A stretch of DNA of 47,075 nt from Candidatus Methanovirga procula (lineage in GTDB: Archaea > Methanobacteriota > Methanobacteria > Methanobacteriales > Methanobacteriaceae): positions 1 through 47,075 of the forward strand of contig JAITGU010000050.1 of NCBI GenBank assembly GCA_031280375.1, read 5' to 3'. This document shows positions 1-9,285 of this stretch, piece after piece; position 1 is the stretch's first letter; the number at the start of each line of letters is the position of its first letter. The notes beneath the pieces were generated by a model. The model saw only the letters and a program-made list of their open reading frames with translations, had not been told where the DNA came from and ran no database searches. Both the position numbers and the translations under genes were made by a program.

Positions 1-396
1 TTGATAGGAGTAATGATTTGTTAATATGCTGATATGTGTGAATATGCAGTTTTAACTGTGTGAATTTGGTTTTTGTGTTTTGTTTGTGATTAGTTTTGAA
101 CTTTCCAGATGAAACTATACTACATTACATATTTAAAATCACACAACTAACTTGTCTTAACAATAGTATTTTACTGAAATTTATTAACCTTATATATTTT
201 TATTAAATTTTTAAAAAGACTCAATATATCTTAGAATTAAAAATTAATCAATTTTAAGAATAATTTTTTAATAAAAATGTTATAAAAAAAATTGGTAAAA
301 TATTATAATCGAATTATAAAGATTTGTCTTAATAATCATAGTTCTTAATCATTTAAATAATTTTTCATTAAGTCAGCACTGATATAAAATGAATTA

Positions 397-1002
397 TTAA
401 ATAATTAAATTTCCACTACCTTCTCTTAAAATAGTAGGTTTTAATTTAGTTAAATCAACCACAGTTGAAAATTTATCTGATTTTAAAGGCCCTATATCAA
501 TAGCTAAGTCAACATCGTGATTTAATTGTTTAACTATTTCCTTTGGAGTTGATAATGTCTCCATTAAAGACTTATTAGCACTTGTGGCTGTTATGGGAAA
601 AATTTTCGAAAGTTCAATAGCTATTTCACTTTTTGGAATTCTAATTCCAATTTTAGGGTTATCTTTATCAAAAAATTTAAATCCTAAACCTCTTTTTTTA
701 TACATTATAAATGTGAATGGACCTGGAAGATTTCTATTTAAAATGTTAATATCTTGATTATTTCCTTTTGTTAACATTAAAACTGATTTAATAGATGGGA
801 AACAAGCTGAAATTGGCTTATTCTCATCTCTTCCCTTAATTTGATAAACTTTCTTAACAGCGTCTTTATCAAAGATACTTACACCTAAACCATAAATTGT
901 ATCAGTCGGATAAATAATTACTCCACCTTCTGATAGAACGCTGATTGCATAATCAATTATATCTAAGTCTAAATCCTGATTCTCCATGTTTAAAATTTCC
1001 AT
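397..1002 (-). CDS. YrdC/Sua5-family L-threonylcarbamoyladenylate synthase (YrdC domain only)
   Basis: 201-aa ORF with YrdC-domain motifs PTDTIYGLG, KGRDENKP, LPGPFTF, ATSAN and STVVD. Confidence 0.85.
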   Translation of the reverse strand: MEILNMENQDLDLDIIDYAISVLSEGGVIIYPTDTIYGLGVSIFDKDAVKKVYQIKGRDENKPISACFPSIKSVLMLTKGNNQDINILNRNLPGPFTFIMYKKRGLGFKFFDKDNPKIGIRIPKSEIAIELSKIFPITATSANKSLMETLSTPKEIVKQLNHDVDLAIDIGPLKSDKFSTVVDLTKLKPTILREGSGNLII

Positions 1003-1501
1003 AAAACACCAAAAAATGTAAATAAAAATATCTATTTAACCCATCAAATGTAATTTTAGTTGTAGATTAGATTTTTTATAAGTTATAATTCCATTACAGT
1101 AATGAAATGGTTTTTTCAAAAACTTACATTAATCTTAAAATTTAAATATAATAAATTATAAAATATAAATAGAAAAATTAAATTGATATAATATTTAAAT
1201 AATTAAAAACATTTTGACTATGAAAAATTAATATTTATATTGTAATTATTACACATTTATATTAATAAATTTACTAAAGAATAGTTATAACTAAAAAAGT
1301 ATTACAACTATGAAGTATTAATTAATTGATAATTATATAAGATTAAGAACTTTATAATAATTATTTTTTATGAAAATGAGGATATTTATATATATTTTTA
1401 TGTTGGAAAATCATTAATAATAAAAATTATAAGTTAAAATTAAATTTGAGAATATAAAATAAAATATAGATTATTATCCATAAATAGGAGTGAGTAATAA
1501 T

Positions 1502-2737
1502 ATGGAGACAATCCCATTCGATCCTGAAATTGACAAATTAGAAGATCTTAAAAAAGAAATTCAAATGTTAAAAGAAGAAAACACTAAAACGAAAAGAAAT
1601 TTAATGTGGAAAGTAAGAAAGTTAGAAAAAGATAAAGTCTTCACAGAAAATGAAAAAATTAAATTAGAACGTGAAGTTAAAGCCTTAAAAGGAGAGGTAG
1701 AAAGATTTAGATCTCCCCCATTAGTCTTAGCAACAATCACAGAAGTTTTAGGCAATGATAGGTTGGCTGTTAAAAGTAGTACAGGACCACATTTCCTTAT
1801 AAACTACTCTAAATTTTTAGATCCAAAACTGTTAGTACCAGGCTCAAGAGTGGCTTTAAATCAACAAACATTTGGTGTGGTTGATGTGCTTCCTTCTGAG
1901 AAAGACCATAATGTTAACAGTATGGAAGTTGAAGAAAAACCTGACATCTCCTATGACACCATTGGAGGTCTTGATGAGCAGATATTGGAAGTTAAAGAAA
2001 CAGTTGAACTACCACTTAAAAAGCCTGATCTCTTTAAAAAAATAGGTATTGAACCACCAAAAGGTGTTTTATTATATGGTCCTCCAGGGACTGGAAAAAC
2101 CTTACTTGCCAAGGCAGTGGCACACGAAACCAATGCCACATTTATTAAAGTTGTGGCATCTGAATTTGTTAAAAAATACATTGGTGAAGGAGCGAAGCTT
2201 GTTAGAAATGTTTTTGAATTAGCTAAAGAAAAATCACCCAGCATAATCTTCATTGATGAACTTGATGCTGTCGCAGCTAAACGGCTTAAAAGTTCTACAA
2301 GTGGTGATCGTGAAGTTCAAAGAACATTAATGCAATTACTTGCAGAGTTGGATGGTTTTGAATCCAGAGGAGACATAGGAATTATCGCTGCTACAAACAG
2401 ACCAGATATTTTAGATCCAGCATTACTTAGACCAGGAAGATTTGATAGATTTATTGAAGTTCCAGCTCCAAATGAAGAAGGAAGAAAAGAAATATTAAAA
2501 ATTCACACCTCAAAAATGTCTCTATCACCAGAAGTTGACATTGAACTCTTAGCAAACTTAACCGACGGTGTTTCTGGTGCAGATATTAAAGCTATTTGTA
2601 CTGAAGCAGGAATGTTTGCCATTAGAGAAGAACATGATGAAGTTACTGTATCTAACTTTATGGATGCTGTTAATAAAATAATGAAAATGGATCACGACGA
2701 AGAATTTAGAAGAGAAGCTGGAGTAATGTTTGGATAA
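1502..2737 (+). CDS. pan: Proteasome-activating nucleotidase (AAA+ ATPase)
   Basis: N-terminal coiled coil, Walker A GPPGTGKT, Walker [10 protein letters not shown] and second region of homology [19 protein letters not shown]. The track ORF opens at GTG 1490, but AGGAG at 1486-1490 sits 11 nt before ATG 1502, so I prefer 1502. Confidence 0.93.
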   Translation: METIPFDPEIDKLEDLKKEIQMLKEENTKTKRNLMWKVRKLEKDKVFTENEKIKLEREVKALKGEVERFRSPPLVLATITEVLGNDRLAVKSSTGPHFLINYSKFLDPKLLVPGSRVALNQQTFGVVDVLPSEKDHNVNSMEVEEKPDISYDTIGGLDEQILEVKETVELPLKKPDLFKKIGIEPPKGVLLYGPPGTGKTLLAKAVAHETNATFIKVVASEFVKKYIGEGAKLVRNVFELAKEKSPSIIFIDELDAVAAKRLKSSTSGDREVQRTLMQLLAELDGFESRGDIGIIAATNRPDILDPALLRPGRFDRFIEVPAPNEEGRKEILKIHTSKMSLSPEVDIELLANLTDGVSGADIKAICTEAGMFAIREEHDEVTVSNFMDAVNKIMKMDHDEEFRREAGVMFG

Positions 2738-2797
2738 TTTAGATATAAATTCTAAGCTTTATCCATGTATTATAGTATTTTTTCTCTGTTTAGGTAT

Positions 2798-2859
2798 AAA
2801 TTCTGTGATGAACCCTATGAGCTCTGATTTATGATGATTGATGGGCGATCTGAGAATTT
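2798..2859 (+). ncRNA. Box C/D sRNA (2'-O-methylation guide)
   Basis: Reads aaattc-t-GTGATGA(C)-accctatgagct-CTGA(D')-ttt-ATGATGA(C')-ttgatgggcgat-CTGA(D)-gaattt. Both guides are exactly 12 nt. A 6-bp terminal stem pairs aaattc with gaattt. A TATA-like tatagtat lies about 25 nt upstream. Confidence 0.85.
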
Positions 2860-2921
2860 TATTTAAAACACTTAAATTTTTATAGGTATAAACAGTTTTT
2901 TACAGTTATTTGGGATTAATA

Positions 2922-3188
2922 ATGAATTCAACTGAAATAAGTTTGGTTGAACTATGTTTTTACTCTTGGTTGATTCCAGGTTCAGGCCATATGTATTATA
3001 GACAAGTCAGAAAGGCAAGAAGTCTTTTAATTTTCACTTTTTTGTGGTATACAAGTATTCTACCAGATTTTTTAAAAATCCACAGTTTAAACATAGTTAG
3101 CACAATTATATTATTAGTGTACATAATCCTGGCAACATACTCTGTATATGATGTGTATAGAATATGGAAACAACACTCCAACCATTGA
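2922..3188 (+). CDS. Small integral membrane protein, unknown function
   Basis: ORF with hydrophobic segments and an LIPGSGHMYYRQVRKA-type motif. ATG 2922 is preferred over the TTG at 2910. No family assignment. Confidence 0.45.
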   Translation: MNSTEISLVELCFYSWLIPGSGHMYYRQVRKARSLLIFTFLWYTSILPDFLKIHSLNIVSTIILLVYIILATYSVYDVYRIWKQHSNH

Positions 3189-3513
3189 ATATAAGTTCAT
3201 AAGGTAATTTCTTGTAAATTAACTTATTGATATATTGATTAAATTTAAATTTATTATATTATTACTCTTATTTTTTAAAAATATGTAATATAATTATTTG
3301 ATATTAAAAAATTTTATAAACAGTATCATAACCACTTAATTTTCATAGTTTTAAACTTGATTTTTAATAATTTTTACCTGCTTTTTATTATCAAAATTCA
3401 TTCATTAAGTTTTAACTCTCTTTTTTTCATATAAAATAAATTATATATAAACATTTAAAATTAAATTGTCATGACAATAGTAAAGGCATTTTCTTAAACT
3501 TAATATATGATGT

Positions 3514-3998
3514 TAGTTTTTGGAAAATGATTTTGATGAACCTTTTGTTTTTAACGAAGTGAAAAACTTAGGAGACGAAGTCTCCGTTTATTCTCAAGCG
3601 AAGCATGAGAATTTAGAAAAATCTCTGATTTTTTGTTATTTCGAACGAAGTGAAAAATTTAACGAAATTTTATAATTTCGTGTTTTTAAAAGTTTCTTCT
3701 AAATAGTAAAAAATTGAAGTTTTTTAAACTTATAAAAACTTTTGATGAAACTTTTGTTTTGAACGAAGTGAAAAACTTAGGAGACGGAGTCTCCGTTTCT
3801 AAAAGTTTCTTCTAAATAGTAAAAAATTGAAGTTTTTTAAACTTATAAAAACTTTTGATGAAACTTTTGTTTCGAATGAAATGAAAAACTTAGGAAAATC
3901 TCTGATTTTCCGTTTTCTAAAAGTTTCTTCTAAATAGTAAAAAATCTAAGATTTTGAAATTTATAAAAGTTTTGATGAGTTTTTTAAAAGGTTCTTAT
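3514..3998 (+). repeat. Hairpin-array element, locus A (one long unit plus tandem units of 113 and 117 bp and a partial fourth)
   Basis: Units start with TTTTGATGAA at 3531, 3740, 3853 and 3970, and the locus ends with AAAAGGTTCTTAT at 3986-3998. Hairpins seen: ggagac-gaa-gtctcc, attctcaagc-gaa-gcatgagaat, aaaaatc-tctg-attttt, aacgaaatt-ttat-aatttcgt, ggagac-gga-gtctcc and ggaaaatc-tctg-attttcc. Confidence 0.9.
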
Positions 3999-4041
3999 AA
4001 AACATAAAATATAATATCTAACAAAAATAATAATTGCTATT

Positions 4042-6165
4042 ATGAAAAAGAATATTTATCTTGGTAAAGAGAATATTTATCCATTCACAGCTATTGTAGG
4101 TCAAGAAAAGATTAAAAAAGCCTTAATACTAAATGCCATCAATCCTTCAATTGGTGGAGTATTGATTAAAGGAGATAGGGGAACAGGAAAAACAACAGCT
4201 GTTAGAGCATTAAGTAGTTTACTGCCAGAAATAGAAACTGTTGAAGGCTCACCATTCAATGTAGATAAAAATGAATACATTAATTTCCAATTGTACAAAT
4301 TCCATAACAAAACAAAGGAGGATGAAATTAAAATAGTTAAAAAACCTATGAATGTAGTTGAACTTCCACTTGGAGCTACTGAAGATAGAGTTATCGGCTC
4401 GATTAACATAGAAAAGGGACTGAAAGAAGGAGTAAAACAATTAGAGCCTGGAATTTTGGCTACTGCCCATAAAAATATACTCTACATTGATGAGATAAAT
4501 CTTTTAGATGATAACTTAGTGGATGTTCTATTGGATTCTGCTGCTTTTGGAATGAATACAGTTGAAAGAGAAGGAATATCAATTAAACATCCATCAAAAT
4601 TTATTTTAATTGGAACAATGAACCCAGAAGAAGGTGAACTTCGAAGACAACTTTCTGATAGAATAGGTTTAGAAATATTGGTTAGTGGAATAGAGAATAT
4701 TAAAGAAAAAATTACAATTATGAAGTATAGGCAAGAATTTGAGAAAGATCCTAAATCATTCAGAGAAAAATTCAAGGATAAAGAAATAAAGCTTAAAGAA
4801 AGAATAGAAAGTGCTAAAGATGGATTAGCTGAAGTTGAGATTGATGATAACTTAATTAGAATAATAGCTATAAACACTGATAATTTAGGATTAGAAGGGC
4901 ATAGAAAAGATATAGCTATTTTAAAAACTTCAAAGACAATAGCTGCATTTGAAGGAAGTAATACAGTGAATTATGAAAATGTGGTTGAGGCTTTTGAATT
5001 AGTTTTAGGTGAATATCCTGATTGTATGGATAGTTCTCAAAATGATGTCAATACTCCAAATAATGAAAATGATGGCACTGCTCAAAATAATGAAAGTAAT
5101 TATACTCAGAATAATAATGAAAAACAAGACACTGAGAAAAAAGAAGATAAAAATGACAATGAACAACAATCACAACAAAATACTAAAAATGAGGAAAACA
5201 ATAATGAAGAAGAAAATGAAAATTTATCAAATCAAGCACAAAGTGGAACTGATCTTAAAGAAAACGAAAATCAAGGTAGTGATTTAGAAATTAAAAGAGT
5301 TGAGAATCAAAGAAAAGTTGATGACTTTCCAATTGAAGAATTAGAAAAAGATATTAACAAAATTCTAATATTAAAAGGAAGAGAAAAAGAAAAAATTTAT
5401 GGTAATAGAGTAGAATCAAAGACAGAAAAAGGAAAATATGTTAAAACAAAGTTTTCAAAGGATTATAATGATATAGCTATTGATGGAACATTACGGGCAG
5501 CTGCAATTCATTCAAGAGATAAAATCTCAGTTAAAAAAGAAGATTTAAGAAGTAAAATTAGAAAACATAAATCAAGGGCAAGTATAGTTGTTGTAATGGA
5601 TTTAAGTGGCTCAATGATGAGTGATGAAAAAATAAATAAAATAAAGGGAATATTAAATAAAATTATTAAAAACATTAATAAACATAAGGACAAATTAACT
5701 GTCATTGGGTTTAAAGGTAATGAAAGTGAGATCATAATTCCAAACACAAAAAGACCAAGCTCTTTTTTAGACAAACTTGGAAAAATTAGTGTTGGTGGGA
5801 CAACACCAATGGCTAAAGGATTAAAAAAAGGATATGAGATTCTAAAAAAAGAAAAAAAATATGGGGAGTACATTCCTATGCTTATTTTACTCTCTGATGG
5901 GATGCCTAATGTTGGTATTAAAAACAGCGATTTAAAAAATATTACTGGAAGTCCAATAAAGGATGTTTTAGCTATTGGAAGACAGTTGGCTGATGATAAA
6001 ATATACATAATTGTTATAGATTTTGAAAAAAAGATCAAACAAGGTAAAAATGTTAATTTAGAGTTAGCTATTATTTCTAATGGCAAATACTATGATTTAG
6101 AAAATGTATGTGATTTTAGTGTAGCTATTGATAAAATATTAACTTATGAAAGGTCTATTTTATGA
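4042..6165 (+). CDS. Mg-chelatase-like ATPase, ChlI/ChlD (BchD)-type: AAA+ module, low-complexity linker and vWA domain
   Basis: N-terminus [38 protein letters not shown], Walker [14 protein letters not shown]-rich linker (about nt 5030-5290), and a C-terminal vWA with MIDAS motif [10 protein letters not shown]. Confidence 0.85.
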   Translation: MKKNIYLGKENIYPFTAIVGQEKIKKALILNAINPSIGGVLIKGDRGTGKTTAVRALSSLLPEIETVEGSPFNVDKNEYINFQLYKFHNKTKEDEIKIVKKPMNVVELPLGATEDRVIGSINIEKGLKEGVKQLEPGILATAHKNILYIDEINLLDDNLVDVLLDSAAFGMNTVEREGISIKHPSKFILIGTMNPEEGELRRQLSDRIGLEILVSGIENIKEKITIMKYRQEFEKDPKSFREKFKDKEIKLKERIESAKDGLAEVEIDDNLIRIIAINTDNLGLEGHRKDIAILKTSKTIAAFEGSNTVNYENVVEAFELVLGEYPDCMDSSQNDVNTPNNENDGTAQNNESNYTQNNNEKQDTEKKEDKNDNEQQSQQNTKNEENNNEEENENLSNQAQSGTDLKENENQGSDLEIKRVENQRKVDDFPIEELEKDINKILILKGREKEKIYGNRVESKTEKGKYVKTKFSKDYNDIAIDGTLRAAAIHSRDKISVKKEDLRSKIRKHKSRASIVVVMDLSGSMMSDEKINKIKGILNKIIKNINKHKDKLTVIGFKGNESEIIIPNTKRPSSFLDKLGKISVGGTTPMAKGLKKGYEILKKEKKYGEYIPMLILLSDGMPNVGIKNSDLKNITGSPIKDVLAIGRQLADDKIYIIVIDFEKKIKQGKNVNLELAIISNGKYYDLENVCDFSVAIDKILTYERSIL

Positions 6166-6190
6166 AAATAGCTATTTTTGTTTAATATTT

Positions 6191-6361
6191 ATAAGAACCT
6201 TTTAGAAACACGAAATTATAAAATTTCGTTAAATTTCTCACTTCGTTCGAAATAACAAAAAATCAGAGATTTTTCTAAATTCTCATGCTTCGCTTGAGAA
6301 TAAACGGAGACTTCGTCTCCTAAGTTTCTCATTTCATTCGAAACAAAAGGTTCATCAAAAC
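6191..6361 (-). repeat. Hairpin-array element, locus B (inverted copy of the first unit of locus A)
   Basis: The reverse complement aligns to 3531-3700 with 161 of 170 identical positions by my manual alignment, including a 90-nt perfect stretch. The same four hairpins occur in the same order. Confidence 0.92.
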
Positions 6362-6458
6362 TTATTTTTTAAAAATAATAAAATCCATTTTTAAAGAATT
6401 ATTTTAATATTTATAAATTCATTTTTGATTTTATTATTTAAATTAATGAATAATTAAT

Positions 6459-6600
6459 GTTTCGACCTTTAAGAAGCATAAATTTTTAGAAGTTGATTTT
6501 AAAAATGGTTTAAATATAATCACTGGAATCAATTCGACGGGCAAATCGACAATAACTCAAGGTTTAACCTATGCTTTTTTTGGCAAAAGCGATTATAAAC
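6459..6600 (+). pseudogene. Remnant of a P-loop NTPase N-terminus (SMC/RecF/Rad50/AAA_15-like)
   Basis: The frame reads KKHKFLEVDFKNGLNIITGINSTGKSTITQGLTYAFFGKS, with a Walker A in the position typical of these ATPases. It has no in-frame start codon, because the ATG at 6457 is in another frame that stops after 10 codons. The frame then runs antisense into argH. Confidence 0.5.
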
Positions 6601-8034
6601 TTAATGTTTGTTGTTTTGAATTTTCTTATCATATTCTTTTTTTAAAAATTTCTGCATATTCTTCGCAGATAATTCCACCATCTCAGGGGCAGGCCCTCCT
6701 ATAACATTCCTTGATTTAACATTTTGAACAGGATCCAAGGCTTTCTTTATTAAGTCATTAGGTAAAGATAATGATTTTCCTGTAAGCTTAATAGCTATTT
6801 TATCTACAAATTCAGAATCTATCTTGTTGAAATCAAGATCATCGTTGGAATTTACTTCATTTACTATTCGTCCAACGATTTGATGAGCTATTCTAAAAGG
6901 GGTTTTTTTTTCTTTAACCATTAAATCAGCCAAATCTGTTGCAGTTGCAAAATTTTTGTAAGCTAACTCCAATCCTCTTTCCTTTTTAAAGTTAATTGAT
7001 AAGGTCATTTTGGATGTTATACTTAAAATAGCTTCTGTATTTTCAATAACATTCCAAAGATGAGGATTTATCTCTTGTAAATCTCTATTATATGTGTATG
7101 GAATCCCTTTAAGTATCATTAAAATTGTCATAAGTTCTCCAGTTATAATGGATGATTTCCCACGGACTAATTCTGCAACATCAGGATTTTTTTTCTGTGG
7201 CATTATTGATGAGGTTGAGGAGAACTCATCAGATATTTCAATTAATCTGAATTCATAACTGCTCCACATAATTAGTTCTTCAGCTATTTTACATAGATTT
7301 GAAGATAAAATAGCTAAATCTGATACAACTTCAACTATGAAATCACGAGAACTAACACCGTCCATTGAATTCTCTAAGTAAGCATCAAATCCAAGAATCT
7401 TTGTAGTTAGTTCTCTGTTAATTGGAAATGTTGTTGTTGCTAATGCTCCTGAACCTAATGGATTTAAGTTCACTCGTTTATAACTGTCTTTAAGCCGCTC
7501 ATAATCTCTTTTTAGTGATTGGGCATAAGCCATTAGGTGATGACCAAAGGTTATTGTTTGTCCATGTTGAAGATGAGTGTATCCAATAGATATTATGTTT
7601 TTGTGTTCAATAGCTAATTCAACTAATCCTTCAATGAATTCAAGAATAGATATTTGAATTTCGTCTATTTTAACCCTTAAACTTAGTCTGAGGTCAGTTG
7701 CAACTTGGTCATTTCTTGATTTTGCTGTATGCATAAATCCAGCATCATCTCCAACTGATTTAATCACATATTTTTCAACTGCCATATGAATATCTTCATC
7801 AGCATGATTAAAATTTAGTGCATCATAACCTTCATCCATTAGTTTAAATAAAGCTTCAAGTATTTTATCGGCTATTTCTTCATCTACTATTTTTTCTTCT
7901 TTTAACATTAAAGTATGTGCAATATTACATTTAACATCTGATTCAAAAATATATTTATCAAATTCTACTGATGATGTAAATTCAGCGGCTTCTTCATCCA
8001 TTGCTTTCTTTAAACGACCATCTCTTATTTTCAA
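6601..8034 (-). CDS. argH: Argininosuccinate lyase
   Basis: 477 aa with the fumarate-lyase signature SSIMPQKKNPDVAELVRGK and GYTHLQHGQTITFGHH. Confidence 0.95.
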   Translation of the reverse strand: MKIRDGRLKKAMDEEAAEFTSSVEFDKYIFESDVKCNIAHTLMLKEEKIVDEEIADKILEALFKLMDEGYDALNFNHADEDIHMAVEKYVIKSVGDDAGFMHTAKSRNDQVATDLRLSLRVKIDEIQISILEFIEGLVELAIEHKNIISIGYTHLQHGQTITFGHHLMAYAQSLKRDYERLKDSYKRVNLNPLGSGALATTTFPINRELTTKILGFDAYLENSMDGVSSRDFIVEVVSDLAILSSNLCKIAEELIMWSSYEFRLIEISDEFSSTSSIMPQKKNPDVAELVRGKSSIITGELMTILMILKGIPYTYNRDLQEINPHLWNVIENTEAILSITSKMTLSINFKKERGLELAYKNFATATDLADLMVKEKKTPFRIAHQIVGRIVNEVNSNDDLDFNKIDSEFVDKIAIKLTGKSLSLPNDLIKKALDPVQNVKSRNVIGGPAPEMVELSAKNMQKFLKKEYDKKIQNNKH

Positions 8035-8584
8035 AAAAACACCTTGTTATATCTATTTATCTAAATTCAAAAATAGACAATGATTATATATGTCTTTTAA
8101 TATATTGTTATAGTATTGTTCATAGAGATTGATAGTACTTCTTTTAATATATTTAATTTATTATTGTATTAATTTTTTCATAGTAGATTATATTTTACTA
8201 TAAGATTATGAACCAGCATATATAATTTAAATATGACTTTTATAATATAATATAAATATTTTAAAAATTATAATTAATTATTATGAATAATAATTGATAT
8301 GTATAAATAGTTAATTTATGAATTAAATTATTTTGATTATATTTATGAATGATTTTTTTGATGAGTATAAAAAGTTATAAATAAATTTTTTTAATGAGTA
8401 ATAAAATATAAGTATATAGTTATTTTTTTTAATAAGTAAATTTTTTATCAATATTTTATTAAATTTTATATCTAAGATTTTATCTTTACAATACTATTTT
8501 TATATTGTTATTATTAGTTTATATTTATTGTTGTAATTTATATTGAAATAAAAAACAGATTTTAAATAAAAAATAGGTTTTAAA

Positions 8585-9265
8585 ATGAAGAATAATGTTT
8601 ATGAAATAGATTTATCTAAAATGACACCAAGAGAAGCAAATGAGTCCATTATAGGAAATGCTTCAAAATATGATAAAATAATTTTAAAAAATCCTCATGC
8701 AATGCACTATCTTATTGCAGGATTAGTAGAGGAAGTAGATATTGAAGTTGATGGATCAACAGGATATTTTATAGGAACCATGAATGATAAAGCGAATATA
8801 AAAGTCAATGGCAATGTTGGCTGGTTTGCTGGAGACAATATGACTGGAGGCAAACTTTTAATAGAAGGTTCTGCTGGTGATGGAGTAGGTCAAGGAATAT
8901 ATGGTGGAAAAATCATTGTAAGAAAAGATGCTGGTGCGAGAACTGGGGAGATAATGAAAAACGGCACTATAATTGTTGGAGGTAATTCAGGGTTTATGAC
9001 TGGAATATTTATGATGGGTGGTCGTATAGTTGTTCTTGGTGATTTAGGTAAAGACATTGGTGAATCTATTATAAGAGGAGTTATTTATGTTTTAGGTGAA
9101 GTTGAAAGTTTAGGGAAAAATGCAACTTTAGTGGATATTGATGATGAAAATAAGAAAGAACTTAAAAGTTTGTTAAGTAAGTATGATTTTAATTTAAATA
9201 GCTCTGATTATGATAGTTTTAGAAAAATAATTCCGAAAAGTAAAAGACCGTTTTATGGTAAATAG
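8585..9265 (+). CDS. Glutamate synthase GXGXG-repeat domain protein (GltB C-terminal domain / FwdC-like)
   Basis: Repeated G-x-G-x-G beta-helix motifs (GNVGWFAGDNMTGGKLLIEGSAGDGVGQGIYGGKIIV...). It is adjacent to, and on the same strand as, the FMN-domain gene. Confidence 0.85.
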   Translation: MKNNVYEIDLSKMTPREANESIIGNASKYDKIILKNPHAMHYLIAGLVEEVDIEVDGSTGYFIGTMNDKANIKVNGNVGWFAGDNMTGGKLLIEGSAGDGVGQGIYGGKIIVRKDAGARTGEIMKNGTIIVGGNSGFMTGIFMMGGRIVVLGDLGKDIGESIIRGVIYVLGEVESLGKNATLVDIDDENKKELKSLLSKYDFNLNSSDYDSFRKIIPKSKRPFYGK

Positions 9266-9285
9266 CTAAGATTGGAGGTTAATTA

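Noticed and set aside
1-120. G/T-rich segment with a repeated tgtgtgaat at the window edge.
   Set aside because: It is truncated by the window boundary, and a 9-nt repeat is too short to interpret. There is no ORF or structure I can support.
3531-3905. The hairpin arrays interpreted as box C/D sRNAs or TIGR-like guide arrays, because the 5' end contains TGATGA and some loops contain CTGA.
   Set aside because: Box spacing does not fit the 12-nt rule (contrast the true C/D sRNA at 2798-2859). Most copies lack any CTGA. The variable halves are complementary to each other rather than free guides. No Nop-domain gene is nearby. I keep only the tandem G-A observation as a structural note.
3514-3998. 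The hairpin arrays interpreted as a CRISPR array.
   Set aside because: The variable segments are only about 13-19 nt and are themselves palindromes, the opposite of spacers. Arrays have only one to five units. No cas genes or leader are in the window.
5030-5290. Asn/Glu/Gln-rich low-complexity stretch in the chelatase gene, considered as an insertion or repeat element.
   Set aside because: ChlD/BchD-type proteins normally have an acidic low-complexity linker between the AAA+ and vWA domains. In an AT-rich genome such a linker naturally becomes N/K/E-rich. The frame is intact.
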